A stretch of 64,000 nt of DNA from the NCBI GenBank assembly GCA_051362555.1, contig CM120640.1, forward strand, positions 54,662,788 through 54,726,787, in the 5' to 3' direction. A model generated the notes under the pieces. The model was not told where the DNA came from and made no database searches. It saw nothing but the letters and a program-made list of their open reading frames with translations. The DNA is from Lingula anatina. Its lineage: Eukaryota; Animalia; Brachiopoda. Of the stretch, positions 1 to 12,667 are shown piece by piece. Both the position numbers and the translations under genes were made by a program. Every line of letters starts with the position of its first letter. Positions within the stretch are counted from its first letter, which is position 1.

Positions 1-601
1 AGTACATGCATGCCATGGCGGCTTACCGCGCTCTTCCATCATTTCTGTTCACATTTGTCTGTTTTGCAAGACAGTGAATGTAAAATATGAATAGGAGTAT
101 GATAATTTGGAATATCAGACTAGACTAGTATGTAAATCTGCAAACGTATACTACATGTACCAGTATGCTACTGTTTGCGAACGATGGAGTGACCTAAAAT
201 GTACTTGTAAGAGACTTAGTGTTGCGTTTAGTTGGTCATCATGTAGACCTGCAATAAACTGAAGTTACTACCTTCCCACGACCGCTACTTTGTCACGCAT
301 TTTTAGTCTTGAGGTCTGAGAGGCGTTTCGTTGAAGTGTACTGCTAGAGCAAGGTTCAAGTATTGTTGTGTGCAATGTGTTGAACCACAACCGGGCACAC
401 CTAATGCAATCATCTTTAAATAAAAAAGGTCTTAACGTCAGATTTCAAGTACAATTTTCAAGATCGCGAGCACCTTTACTGCTTACATGTCTTGTCAAAA
501 CGTAAATAAAAATTGACAAAATGAAAACTATCTACCAAAATTATATTAACAAAGCGCCTCAATTTAACTTTAATTGTTTCTCTTGTGTTTTTTATACGTA
601 A

Positions 602-749
602 TATTACTACCCTCTACCAGGGCAACATATTGATTTTTCACTAGATATTCACTGATATGTCACTGGCTTATTTATTGCACGTTCTCGCGCTAGAGTAAAG
701 TGCACATAATAATTATTAATCTGCGGCCCTGGTAGAGGGCAATATAATA
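602..749. mobile_element. short MITE-like inverted-repeat element
   Basis: Left arm TATTACTACCCTCTACCAGGGC (~602-623) is near-complementary to right arm GCCCTGGTAGAGGGCAATATAATA (~726-749); non-coding spacer. Confidence 0.55.
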
Positions 750-1180
750 CCCAAATGCTTTGAACAGTGACAGAGATCTCTGGAAACTCATACTTATTCA
801 TTCTCAATATTAAGGTCCATTAAGCATTTTTATTATTATCTTATTAAAAGCGAGCGAGCAGAAGAAATTTTGTACAAGTGGAACTTAACGAATATCAGTC
901 AAACACCTTAAAAATAAAAATAGATCTTTGTTACTCAATTCTCCAATCGATCTAGTTCATTTTTACTAAAGCAGAAAATATACAACTTGTCGGGAAGCGA
1001 GTATGGTGTCTAACTCTAACGTCCCAGAAAATGTCTCGAATGTTTATTTCAAATAACTCAATAGCTTGCGGCTTGCTTCTTGGTGTCGCCGGATTTTTAA
1101 AAAATTGCAAAACTTCCTATGCGTCTTTTGGCGCACGTCATTATATTTTAGTTGTTTGATTAATTTTTTTAATTTTATTC

Positions 1181-1223
<43 letters not shown>
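1181..1223. repeat. (TTA)n microsatellite
   Basis: About 14 TTA units read directly. Confidence 0.95.
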
Positions 1224-1224
<1 letters not shown>

Positions 1225-2548
1225 TTTCTTATTCTTTAGCCATAAATAAAATCCTCAATTTAGTTTCATCCATACTATATGTAGCAAGATAATATGGTGA
1301 CAAGACACAGTCAAAAGTTATGGACGAAACACAGCTAAACTGCATTCTCATATACAAAGTAATTTGCAAAACCTTCGTTACCAGGCTTTGCGAAAAAATT
1401 TACTGAGGTTGAGGAAAAATGTGACAGTACAATAAACTTGCATCTCGTAATACCTCTTAACACATTTTAATACCCCTTAACACATTTTAATTTCTTCTTT
1501 TTTTTTTTAGTATCAATAACGTGCGAATGTTATCCAAAAGGGTTGTTATTTTTAAAACTTTCGTTACCAAAATAGGCTAAACCTTTGCTATTACTAGCAA
1601 GGCACAAATTTAAAAAAGTTTTCAGTGATTTATTTTAAAAAGGCAGATGTATTCACTTTCTGTCACCAGGGATTTAGGATAAGTAGAATTTGCGATTATA
1701 TCTTTAACTTCATTTTTCACTTTTCTGTTTTCTTCAAATGGACCTATATATATTGAGAATGAGTGACTGCAGTTGTCTAAACAACGTGTGTGGCAGCCAG
1801 GTGAACTGGTATAAATTTCAAGACAAAAAAGTGCCATCGTTCCAAAGAATGGCATAAATAGGAGTGATAGAAAACTCAAATGTCGTGTGAAGTTGATCAA
1901 TCAACCTACCACTATCACAGTATAAAATTGAGGAAGTTCCAACAGCAACTGAACACAGCGTAGGCAAGGAATTTTTCTAAGTGAAATAACTGACTTGGTA
2001 ATGAGTATGTTTATTCCTTCAATATGGTGAATATTAGACTACATAAAAGCAAGGGATTACAAGTGCCCGACAAAGAATGCGCGATAGCTGGCTATCCGAG
2101 CGAGAGGATTTACTTAGCCAACTGCTGAGAAATATACATAAAATATCTGCATTACCGCCACGAGACTTATTAAGACGGTTTACAAAAACTTCTTAATTAG
2201 CAAACTCCCAGCACGGGGACACTCAGTTCATTCAAAGGTGTGAAAATGTTCCAGCGGGTCATTAAATGAATGATCATAGGCCCAGGTGTTTGACTATCGA
2301 TTTAGTCGCGGGGATTCCAGTCAGAAGCAAAGAAAAGTGGCAGCTATGTCCTCTTGTAATTGTACAATGTATGAAGCACTTACATCTCTAAATCCTTTCA
2401 CCACCGTCACATTACAAGTGCATGCTGAAAACACATTCTGTCCGTGAAAGAGACTTCAGTCTAGGCCTACTGGCAGAGTTTTTACAGTAGTGAACGTCTC
2501 TAATACCTGAATATAAGAGTCCATCACTGAATTTCGGCGTTGTTGCTT

Positions 2549-3052
2549 TTAAAGTCCGTTCACCGACCGTGACTCCATTTCAATTTCAGAGTTCTCTAGG
2601 ACCGTGGTATGATCCAGGCGGTCGCCTGCGGTTGGTATCATACCTGAAATGTGCGAGTGTTTTAGAACGTCAGAGACCTTTTCCATATTCGCCTTCAACA
2701 TCAGAATGTAATTTTTCGCAAGCAAAATTGTTGCTATTTTCGAAAGTTTCCGGACTGACGGGCCATTAGCATAGGGCAGAACGTCCCTCAGTCCATCCAA
2801 GGCAGCGTTTAAATCATGCATGCGTTTTCTTTCTCGGCTGTTGATTTTTAGTCTTATGTCTTGCATCTGGGATCTACTCAAACAGCGCTGTGTGTCCGTT
2901 TTTCTTGTTTTTCGTATGAGTTCATTTTGCGATTTATGCGCTGGAAACAACTTGGCACCTTCGATACGTTTTTTGAATTCACAGACTGATGAAAAGGAGG
3001 ATGCCTTGGACTCGGGTAGATTTGTAGAAGTCTCCATTGCTTGATTATCCAT
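2549..3052 (-). CDS. OLIG: Olig-family bHLH transcription factor, single exon
   Basis: b[56 protein letters not shown] matches the Olig1/2/3 signature ([14 protein letters not shown], [13 protein letters not shown]). First ATG at 3052 (the track ORF starts at a TTG); stop 2549-2551. Confidence 0.9.
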   Translation of the reverse strand: MDNQAMETSTNLPESKASSFSSVCEFKKRIEGAKLFPAHKSQNELIRKTRKTDTQRCLSRSQMQDIRLKINSRERKRMHDLNAALDGLRDVLPYANGPSVRKLSKIATILLAKNYILMLKANMEKVSDVLKHSHISGMIPTAGDRLDHTTVLENSEIEMESRSVNGL

Positions 3053-3179
3053 GGTTCGTTCATATATGGTATGTCTTTCAAGAAGCACGCGTCCAGACCA
3101 AGGAGTTCCAACAGACGACGATCAGTCCTACGCTAGTCCTTATTTGGTAGTTAAATAGGTTTTCAGGGCTGACCACCTA

Positions 3180-3187
3180 TTTATATA
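3180..3187 (-). promoter_or_regulatory. TATA box of Olig gene
   Basis: TATATAAA(TAGG) on the minus strand ~130 nt upstream of the ATG. Confidence 0.6.
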
Positions 3188-4510
3188 GTTACATCTCCCA
3201 CCGGCACTGCAGGGGTTGTAGCTGGTACGCGCACAATGAACAGACGCACCTGTCTAGTTTACCAATTATTGATTTGACCATCGCACAATGTGATTGCGAA
3301 CGTTTTGATAAGTGCACAACACTGCAATTTTTATCATATTCTACAAATGCATTGGTTACTTTAATCACAATCTTGATATTAACTTCTATTCAAATATTTT
3401 CTCTCAAATTTCATACGTATATGTTATTATTAAATGATATTCAAAATGTAATAGTTTGAATGGATTTCAGATTGATTATGAATTGATTATTTACGTAAAG
3501 TCAAATGCTTCTCAGTATACCCCCATAATAATTCGAAAAAATATCTATTTAGGAAAAGTGTGTGCCAACGTAGAAAACAACACACTAATGATAATAAAAG
3601 GTGACAATGATAGAACGGAATGCCTCATTTCGCGTTTTTTTTCCTACATTTTGTGGTCTCCTGTTCTCCGTTGTCGTGCATAAGGCAGCCCTCCAGGCCT
3701 ACCCACCACCAGGGCCACAGGAAGAATGGATTTTTTTCACTAGCTGTGTACATCCTTATATCAGGTGAACAAGCTAATATAAATGTCTTCCAGAGAAATG
3801 TGGTATCCTGTTAATTTATCGCCCCCACTCTCCTCCAACTGGTGAAATGACCATTTACAAAAACAATCTTACGTTTTAAAGAATTTTCAGTTTCCTCACA
3901 TGAGTCTCAAGCTCATACACACAACAACTTGCTTTTTATTTCCAAAAACATTTTTGCGACGAGTCGGAATTTGTACAGAGTTCAAAAGTTGGAAAGTGAA
4001 AAATTATCTACTTCAATAAGACTCGTCGGTTATGTCAGTGCTGTGTATGACAGCTATATATATATATAACAAGTAGCTGATTATAAACCTTAAATGTCGA
4101 TTTTGCGAAAAAAAGGTAAAAATATTTAAAGTACCTAGTATTAACAATATTATATGAAAGAAATCTTTTGATATTATCGAGGATAACGCTGATACGAAAA
4201 AAAGCCAAAATGATTATAACTGATTAGCAATTTGAAAATTTAAAAGAAAACAGGCGTCTTCATGACGTAAAGCACTCTACGTTTGAGAACTTAACTTGTA
4301 TTTATATCTAATATTATTCCCACCGAACGCCATAAAAACAAATTTCTCCTAAGATATATATTTCGTAACTAAATCCTATAAATCTTGGACACTTGATACA
4401 CGTTCCATGCACCCAGAGCTAAATATACTGGTATTTAGCACCACATATGAACTATGATTACGTCATCGTGACAATAACAGATTTACAATCTAGCAAAAAT
4501 GTCCAAGTGA

Positions 4511-7300
4511 TTAGAACAGTCGAGTCAGAATAAGAAAAAACATTAATGCAGCCAAACTAGCAGCTGGCAGAGTTCCTTTGCTAGTTTTGACATCACAACC
4601 TGAAATAAAGAACGTGTACAAATTACAAACAAAGAACTAACGTTAAGAGATGCTTTTTGGATCATTTTATTCAGCACTATGTATATAATATATTGTGTAC
4701 AGTTAAATATAATTTAAAAGTTTTTAGAAACATGGAAAATATGACCGCACACCAGTGCTAGGGAACATATGGATTTATCTGCTTCAGCAATCAACAGATC
4801 CAGTTAATATTTTTACACCATCATTATACTGAATCGCTTTTTCATTTGATGGAAGTTTGAAACTTTATGTTTAACGTTATGGCTGTAGTAAACACGAAGA
4901 ACATTTATTGATGTAATTCATTTATACGTTTTATGCTTAGATCCAAGAGACACATACGTCATACTGACACTTAAATAAAAATTATGTTTATTCCTGGTCT
5001 GAACTTACTTTTGTCTTGCGGTGTATCAACATGTTCTGCGAGAGAGATACAGAGCACACTTTGCATAACCCCATCCAACATGGTAAGAGTTTCCTGCGGG
5101 AGACTGGTTGTCCTTGAACATACTTTAGAATCGTGTGCCATACAGGTCATATTTGGAAAAAATTCTGCACATGTATACACCAGAGCGTAAGATGTGTAGT
5201 CCGTCTTGATTACCCATTGATGTCTGGTGCCTGAGAATAAAACTTTATAGTTATATAACAACGTAAAAAAAATAATAAAAAATAAATAAATAAATAAAAA
5301 TTTAAAAAAATACCACATGTGACAGAATAACGATGAGACCAAGTGACCTATGGTGGAGATGCGGGGAATTTTTCATCCCTCGCTCGCCTTGTTACCTAGT
5401 TTGCAAGGGGAGTTATGGAAGTTCCCACGACGAGCGCGTTTGAGTGTAAGAGCCAAAATGCTTGTGTCAAACTTAAAAACATTTTCTTGAACGCATTCTG
5501 AACAGATGTTCCCCGGACTAATTGATCCGCATACTAAATATGGCCGACCCTACTTGAAAAGCGAAGCCATTAATTTTCTGGTGGTCTCCCCATCGCCGTC
5601 GCTGCTGGGGCCTTGCAAATAAACTTCGAAGCCGAGATTTAATCCGTTTAATGGCGCGTGTGGAGGCGGGGAGACCATCAGGAAATTATCGGCATCGCTT
5701 TTTAAGTGGGATCGGCCATATTTAGTCAGCGGATCAAGTAGTCCGTGGATCATCTGTTCTGAATGCGCTCTTTGTTTTAACTTACACAGCAGGTTTTAGA
5801 CTGTGAGGTACCGTTTAGAAATTACATACACGTGTATTTAGATGTGCAGAGCGCCAGTAGGCCCAACGCGGGGGTGCGCACAATAAATATATATATATAT
5901 ATCCTGTGCATGGAAAAAGTGGTCTAATGGAATAATACTCTAATGTGTTTATTAAAAAATACTATTAAAGGTAAGTTGTTTTAGTCTAATTATGGTTAGT
6001 CGGACTCCTTGGTAATGTTATAAATGTCATGCCTCAGAATATTCTGCATCAAATATAAAGAATTCACCTTCCATGAGCTTTCCTGGAGTGTCACTTGTAT
6101 ACAGCGTATTCTTTATTACTAAACAGGTTTTGTTTGCAGGAGTTTCTCTGGAATCAGATAGTAAAATGTATAGATTGTGACAAATTGTCTAATATGTTCA
6201 TTAATCACCTTATTTGAACTACATGTAGGCCTACCAATATCGGCTTTTTGTCTGCAATCCTGTGCTTTTAAATGGTCCTTAATACTTCACTTGGGTTTAT
6301 CATGGTTTATTTTTTACATAATTTAACTAATAACAAAAGTAAGTCTATTCAAGCCATTCGGATTTTTGGTTGATAGAAAATGACGCGACACTAAAATAAT
6401 CTTAGTTATCTAAATGTATATGATCTGTTTATTAACCTTGCTCGGATGGTCACGGTGAAGTTACCGGTGTTGGACATTTCATATGTTGTCTGGTAATCTG
6501 ACCAAATGTCGGACGGAGCATGTGTAAAAGGTGGAAACCATTTGACTTCGTACCACTTTCCAAGATACTGAAGAAGAAAAAGGGGCAAAGTATAAGTGAT
6601 AGGTTTCTTCCAAGCCTATTTCCAGATATAAAAGTGAAATACACGACGGGTCTGGTATGACAAATCCCGATTGATTGAATTGTCCAGTGTTTAAATTTTT
6701 TTTTTGTTTCAAAAATTAAAAAGTGGACTTGAAATGGAAGAACGTATTATAGGATATACATAGTGATTTTTTAAAATCCTTATAAAATTGCTCAATTTTG
6801 ATGTTTACTTTGGGAAGTATTGTGTTAATGTAAGGCTGTATTCCCAGAGCTTTTAGATCGATCTATCCCCGCTGGGAGTCTCACTAGATTACTGTCAGAT
6901 AATCCGGCTTAAATGTCCGTTCCGCCTACTACAAGCTGTAAGGGGGTAATTTCGTGTCCGCTCGGCTGACAGCTATTTAGCGTGAACCCCCAGGGAGTTA
7001 GGTCGATCTAAAGTAGATCGATCTAATCTCTGGAAATGGGGTCTAAGACCTTTTTGTTGGTAGTCTTTGTGAAACTCCAGCTGTCAGGGGACATCTGGGC
7101 GTGTAAGAATATAACATATCTAAAGACTGATATCGATTCGAACTGTAAACTTTGATTCTTACCTGGTTAATATCAAAGTTCTCTTGCGTCAAAATGGTTG
7201 TAACATTACAGACATTGGTGTCATTATGTCCACTTGCCTTAACGAAGGCAAGAAGAACCACCATCATGCAAACAGAAAACATATTGGTCGGCTGAGACAT
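4511..7300 (-). CDS. ApoD/RBP4/Lazarillo-like lipocalin, 5 exons, with signal peptide and C-terminal GPI-like signal
   Basis: Exons 7300-7163, 6567-6437, 6147-6068, 5230-5009, 4599-4511 all join GT-AG in frame. Signal peptide; QENFDINQYLGKWYEV (SCR1), TDYTSYA (SCR2), VCSR (SCR3); hydrophobic C-terminus AASLAALMFFLILTRLF*. Confidence 0.88.
5489..5770. mobile_element. PIF/Harbinger-type palindromic MITE (family A) in lipocalin intron 3
   Basis: Termini GAACGCATTCTGAACAGATG...CATCTGTTCTGAATGCGCTC; arms complementary over ~100 bp; related to copies at 15769 and 42987. Confidence 0.8.
6834..7043. mobile_element. Harbinger/Tourist-like MITE in lipocalin intron 1
   Basis: Imperfect TIRs GGCTGTATTCCCAGAG...CTCTGGAAATGGGGTC flanked by TAA on both sides (6831-6833, 7044-7046); internal TAGATCGATCTA palindromes. 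Confidence 0.7.
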
Positions 7301-8446
7301 GATGGGCGGTTTCTCAGAACAGAGCGATACTGTGCAATGCCCGTATGCAATAGTTGAGTTGGACTACTACTAACGGTGCCTGGAAGCTTGTGGTACACAA
7401 GGGTAGCGATGATTAAGCCCCAACGTTTACAGGTTATCTTCTTTTTCATACACAGTGGCAGTAATAATGAAGTTTGAAATGCATCGCGTCCTCACGTCTA
7501 TTATGGTCTAATGACGCTGGGTTATTCAGGTAAGGTAAAAATGAGGGAAAACAGTACGTATTTCAACGCTACAAGGCCCTTTGCAGCCCTGGGAACTTCA
7601 TTATCAGGTGTACAGTGCGGAACAGTGAATTCCTATTTTGTTTCCAACAAGACTGAATAACAAAAAGGACAGCGGTAGTCGATAGTCGCCTTTTATTTGG
7701 ATTCTGAAGTTTCATTTCACTTGTTACAATCAAATGAAGAAAGCAATGTTGGCCCAAATTTAAATATGTCACCTGTACATTTTTAAAGACTTTCTTTCAG
7801 CACTGCAGCGGGCTTTTTGTAAAGATTTTATTAATAAAAATAACAAACTGCTCTGTCTTGTTTTCATTTTATATCTAAAACTGTGCACCAATTCTTTTGT
7901 GTGCCTGTCTTTGTGTATTTATTTATTGATCGGACTTCTGCATTTTAACTAAAATATTATTACATTAGAAAAAGTCTAATATTTGATTTGACAACTGAAA
8001 TTACAGCTAAAATTAGTTATTTCTGTTTCTTTCAAGTTACTCTTTCATTGGAGTAAGACCCTTGAATGTATTGTAACGAATTGCGACTCTTTTTAATATC
8101 CCAGATTTACATACGTGTTGTCGTACATAAAGGGGTCTGATGATCACATCCAACTCCAATTTAACATCAAAGAAGAAGAAAATGAAAGCTATGGATTTAA
8201 GGGCCCTTTTCCAATGAAACTATGGTTCTACCTGGATTTATTCAACTCAGCTGGCACTCTCGCTGAATGCAATCAAATTAAAGTCTCCGCTTGTTTCCAA
8301 TGTACTTGTATAAGCACCACCTTTTCGCAAAGCAAAGAGGCATGTAAATCTGTTAATCTGATTGCATTCAGCAAGAGTCCCTGTGGATTTGGATCAATCT
8401 ACATATAGAACAATAATTTCAGTAATACATAATAACCAAAATAAGT

Positions 8447-9007
8447 AAAGATTACTTGTCTTGAAACCGTTTGTTGAAATTGTTTATATGATAGATATAT
8501 ATACGTAACCAAATAACGTGAAGGTAGTGTTTTCTGATTTCATTGTTTGTTCTCTGTTGTCGCGACTCTGTGGTTGCACTGTATATGTGGATTCATGTTG
8601 ATTCACCGTATAGATCTTGATAAAAATAGAAGTATATATATTGATGCACCTTGAAAGACCTACAGTATAGTTGATAAATACAATCCAACTATAATGTAGA
8701 TCTTTCAAGGTGCATCAATATATATACTGTATATGTGCGCACGCTTGTTATTACGTCGCTCATTCTTCTTTGTTACGTTAATATGTATCAGTAACGTATG
8801 TATCATATTTACGTAACAAAGAAGAATGAGCGACGTTAAAACATGAGTGCGCACATATACAACATCGTACGCACCCACAGAGTCGTGACAAAGGACAACA
8901 AAAAATGAAATCAAAAAACACCTTCACGTCATTTGGTAACGTATATATCGGTAACGTATCTATCATATAAACAATTTCAACAAACGGTTTCAAGACAAGT
9001 AATCTAT
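8447..9007. mobile_element. foldback element, copy 1
   Basis: ~48-bp perfect inverted arms (AGATTACTTGTCTTGAAACCGTTTGTTGAAATTG... at ~8449, reverse at ~8957-9005); inner palindromic core 8731-8860; small nested hairpin 8635-8725. Confidence 0.75.
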
Positions 9008-9078
9008 TTAGTATAGCGTTAGAAAAAGGCGTTTGCTCACAGAACGGACAACAAACAATAAAAATAAAAGTATTAAGA

Positions 9079-11237
9079 TAAATATTTATTTATTCTATTT
9101 CCATTGGTTGTCTTTCGTTTTGTGGGCCAACACGTCTTAATGATACGTTAAAATAAAAGAAAACGAGACAAATAAGATTTCTTGCCTTCAACTATCTGTG
9201 AAAATTGTTCATATGATACACACGTTACCGATACATGTGACCAAATTATATGAAGGTGTTGTTTTCTGATTCCACTGATTGTTCTCTGTTGTCACGACTT
9301 GTGAGTGCGTGCGACGTTGTATATGTGCGCACGCTTGTTTTTATGTCGCTCATTCTTCTTTGCTACGTAAATATGATACATACGTTACCGATACATACGT
9401 TACCATACCGTATGTATCGGTAACGTATGCATCATGTTAAAGTAACAAGGAAGAATGAGCGACGTAATAACAAGCGTGCGCACATATACAATGCAATCAC
9501 AGTCGCGACAACAGAGAACAAACAATGAAATAATAAAACAAGGCAGCAAAGCTGTCAAATGTACAGACAAAAAGCAGGAAATAACTATGCACAAAATAGG
9601 CTAATGTCAATTCTGATGCAAAAGTACATTATGTTAAACTGCAAATTTAACATCAAATTTTAATTATGCTCAACAGGTAATACCAATGTAAGTAAAATGT
9701 GTAACAAGCATAAGGCTTCAGGCCCATGGGAGTTCAAGTTCACACTTTGAACATGTATAACTTCCAGAAAAAGAAGCCAATTAGACTGCTTTTCCAACTC
9801 AGGCTGCATGCCGATTTCGAACTTGACTTGCGTTTTAGTAAGATCAATTACTCCTGTGAGTTTCATGACAACAAGCCTATCGGTTTTTCTTGAAATGTGT
9901 TTACAGTGTTGCATATATGCTGAAAAGTGAAAAAAAAAGCATAACTTCTACAATAAAGGCCCGATCATGCTGATTTTTGAACTTGACCTGTGTTTTATGA
10001 ATATTCATCAGCTCTGTAAATATAAAGCCCAAAAGTAAAACTGCCTTCCACTTATCGTGCTTACAATGAAAGTGCACGGCGACGGCGATGACGGCGACGA
10101 CAGACACAGGTGATGTCAATATGTACAGACACATCTATATATATTTACTGTACTGTTTAAGAACAGTAATTGACATGGTTTTTCTTAAATGGTCATCATG
10201 GGAACAGTGCCCAAAATAGGTTTTTTTCAAATTTTGATGCAATATTACATAATGTTTAACAGCATAATGACCATCAATTTTTAATAATAAAATATTAGTA
10301 TCATGGATGTTCAGAAAATGTGACTAGCAAAGGTCTTCAGGCCCATGGAACTTCAAAGTCACAACTTGAAAATGCCAAAATGTAAACAAGACAGCACTGT
10401 TCTGAAATGTTTTTTTTTTTTCCATTTTTAACAATTTTTAACATAAAACAAAATTAACAGTTTACTGCCATTTTTATATGATCAACTAAGAAAATTGATG
10501 AGATGGGGAAAAATATCAACAGAGCAGTGTTAAATGTCCAATTTCTTCCATTCTGAGATTCTGAACATAGTGAATGATTGAATCTGACAAACTGCAATGA
10601 TGAGTTTTTTTCTAGTTTTGAAACTTTATTACACAATACATGATAACAAGTTTACCATCTTTTTTACAAAATCAACTAACAATGTTGTAAAGATGCAGGA
10701 AATGTCAAACAAACACTTTTATGTATCTTATTAGTTTAATAATGAGACTGTTAACATGCCTAAGAATTGAATCTGAGGAAATGTGAAAAATATGCTGAAA
10801 AGTGAAAAAACAGCATAACTTCTACAATAATGGCCCGATCATACTGATTTTCGAACTTGACCTGCGTTTTATGAATATTCATCAGCTCTGTAAATATAAA
10901 GCCAAAAAGTAAAACTGCCCTCCACTTATCGTGTTTACAAGGAAAGTGCACGGCGCCGGCATCGGCATCGGCATCGGCATCGCCATCGGCGACGACAGAC
11001 GCAGGTGATGGCAATATGTACAGACACATCTGTGTCTGTACATAAAAAGAAAACAATACCGTCACGTTATTTTGTCACGTATGTATCGGTAACGCATATG
11101 AAAAATTTTCACAGTTAGTTGAAGGCAAAAAAAATTTTGTCTCGTTTTCTTTTCTTTTAATGTAATTTAATTTTAAGACACAAGTGTTGGCCCACAAAAC
11201 GAAAGACAACCAATGAAAATAGAATAAATAAATATTT
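9079..11237. mobile_element. foldback element, copy 2, right arm interrupted by a HINE
   Basis: Left arm 9079-9400 is the reverse complement of 9400-9535 plus 11047-11237 (e.g. TATTTATTTATTCTATTTCCATTGGTTGTCTTTCGTTTTGTGGGCCAACAC vs its inverse at ~11185-11237); same family as copy 1. Confidence 0.8.
9537..11046 (-). mobile_element. non-autonomous Helentron (HINE/DINE-1-like) with internal partial duplication
   Basis: AACAAG end plus stem-loop GGCAGC-AAA-GCTGTC and subTIR ATGTACAGACA (9560). Other end has hairpin TATGTACAGACAC-ATCT-GTGTCTGTACATA (11015-11044) next to a (GGCATC)n microsatellite. Segment ~9913-10137 is repeated at ~10790-11031. Inserted in an A/T run. Confidence 0.7.
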
Positions 11238-11254
11238 ACGCGCTGCATGGTAAT

Positions 11255-11510
11255 GGCCCTGTCACACCTTGACGATTTAGCCAGTGAACGCCAACGTATG
11301 AAAAATTTGGCCAATACGTTGGTGTACGTCGAATAATTTATAGGTAAATTTTGTACATGTATAAATTAAGAGCACACTGAAGCACGCCGACATACGTCGT
11401 AGTACGTCCAGGTGTCCAAAAATTTTGTGCATGCACAATACTTTTCGTCGTATGTCAACGTATGATTCATACGTCCCGCATACGCGGGCAAGAAGTTATG
11501 CGATCGTTGT
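11255..11510. mobile_element. truncated Harbinger-like MITE fragment
   Basis: Begins GGCCCTGTCACAC and is rich in TACGT/ACGTATG subrepeats; no matching right TIR found. Confidence 0.3.
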
Positions 11511-12667
11511 TACCATGAAGCGTGTAAATTATCAGAGAATACAATAAAGTAGGGTACAACATGCTCTTACCAGTCCCATCAATGCATTTGAAAAATGTTT
11601 AGTGGTGTTTTTTGCTGAAGGTAACAGTTGCTGTTTTGTATCTATATTTAAATGACAGTAAACCCAAATGTCAGCAATATCACCAACAAAAATAGCATGG
11701 GGGAAAATGGCTCACCAAATATCAAAACAACAAATCAAGAATACTTTTGTATCATATGAAACAAAGGACAAATTACCCAAGGCCCCTGTGTTCATTCATA
11801 TCCGGCAAACCTACACAGAAGTGATAGAAGCAATCGCCCCTTTAATCTGCCATCCCTGCTGTGGTAGAAAACTGGGTGGACAGAAGCATTGAGTGCACAA
11901 CCTCAAGTAAATGACAGATACTTTCATTGCCCCTGGGAGGTACCCTCATTTACATTGAAATACTAAAGAACAGTAAATTTATTTTTAGTGACTAAACTAC
12001 CCAAATTAACCGAGTTGATTTAAACACCGTATTAAATTCCTAAATTTCAGAAAGTTTTACTTAACAACCCCATTACAGTTACAGTTATATAAAAAGCCTT
12101 TTAATACTTTTTTGCATCCATTACATTGTTATTATCGCCAAATATCAACAACACTTGCTAAATAAACATGACAAACTGCAAACTTTTAATTTAGGAACAC
12201 AGAAAGTGGCCTAATCTGACTGAAAAAAGTGCACTGACTGAAAAAAAAAGTAATAATTTAAGTTAAATTCAGGTGACAGAAATCTTCAAAGTAAATTTGG
12301 AAGTAAACATCCTTACTGTCCTGGAGACTGGAAGCAAAGTTGTGTGTGGCCATAATCACGAGCACAGAGCTGCAAACATAGTATCTGAGGTATCCACAAA
12401 ATCTCTTGCTCTCCCAGCTGGTTGTAGAATGTTTTATTCATATCTGTTATACAAAATTGAATAAACCCCCTACAGGTCATCAAAATATGTCTCTGAAGTA
12501 GAATATTTGTAGGTAAAATTTATATTTCTCCAAAAACAACTGACATTGTAATCACAAAGGCATGACAAGGTCAGTATATTCTTGTCATAACTGGTATGAT
12601 ACAAGTATCTAAATTTGCACCGATAGATCAGTTACAAATTAAATAATTCACATGCTAAAAATATGGT

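Noticed and set aside
22-70. Possible small minus-strand exon (CAG|...GAAGAGCGCG|GTAAG) of a gene leaving the window
   Set aside because: Only 32 nt, with no identifiable product or partner exon in the window.
9901-11065. Duplicated ORFs MCLYIL...HFxCKHDKW
   Set aside because: Fall within the internally duplicated HINE; no coding signature.
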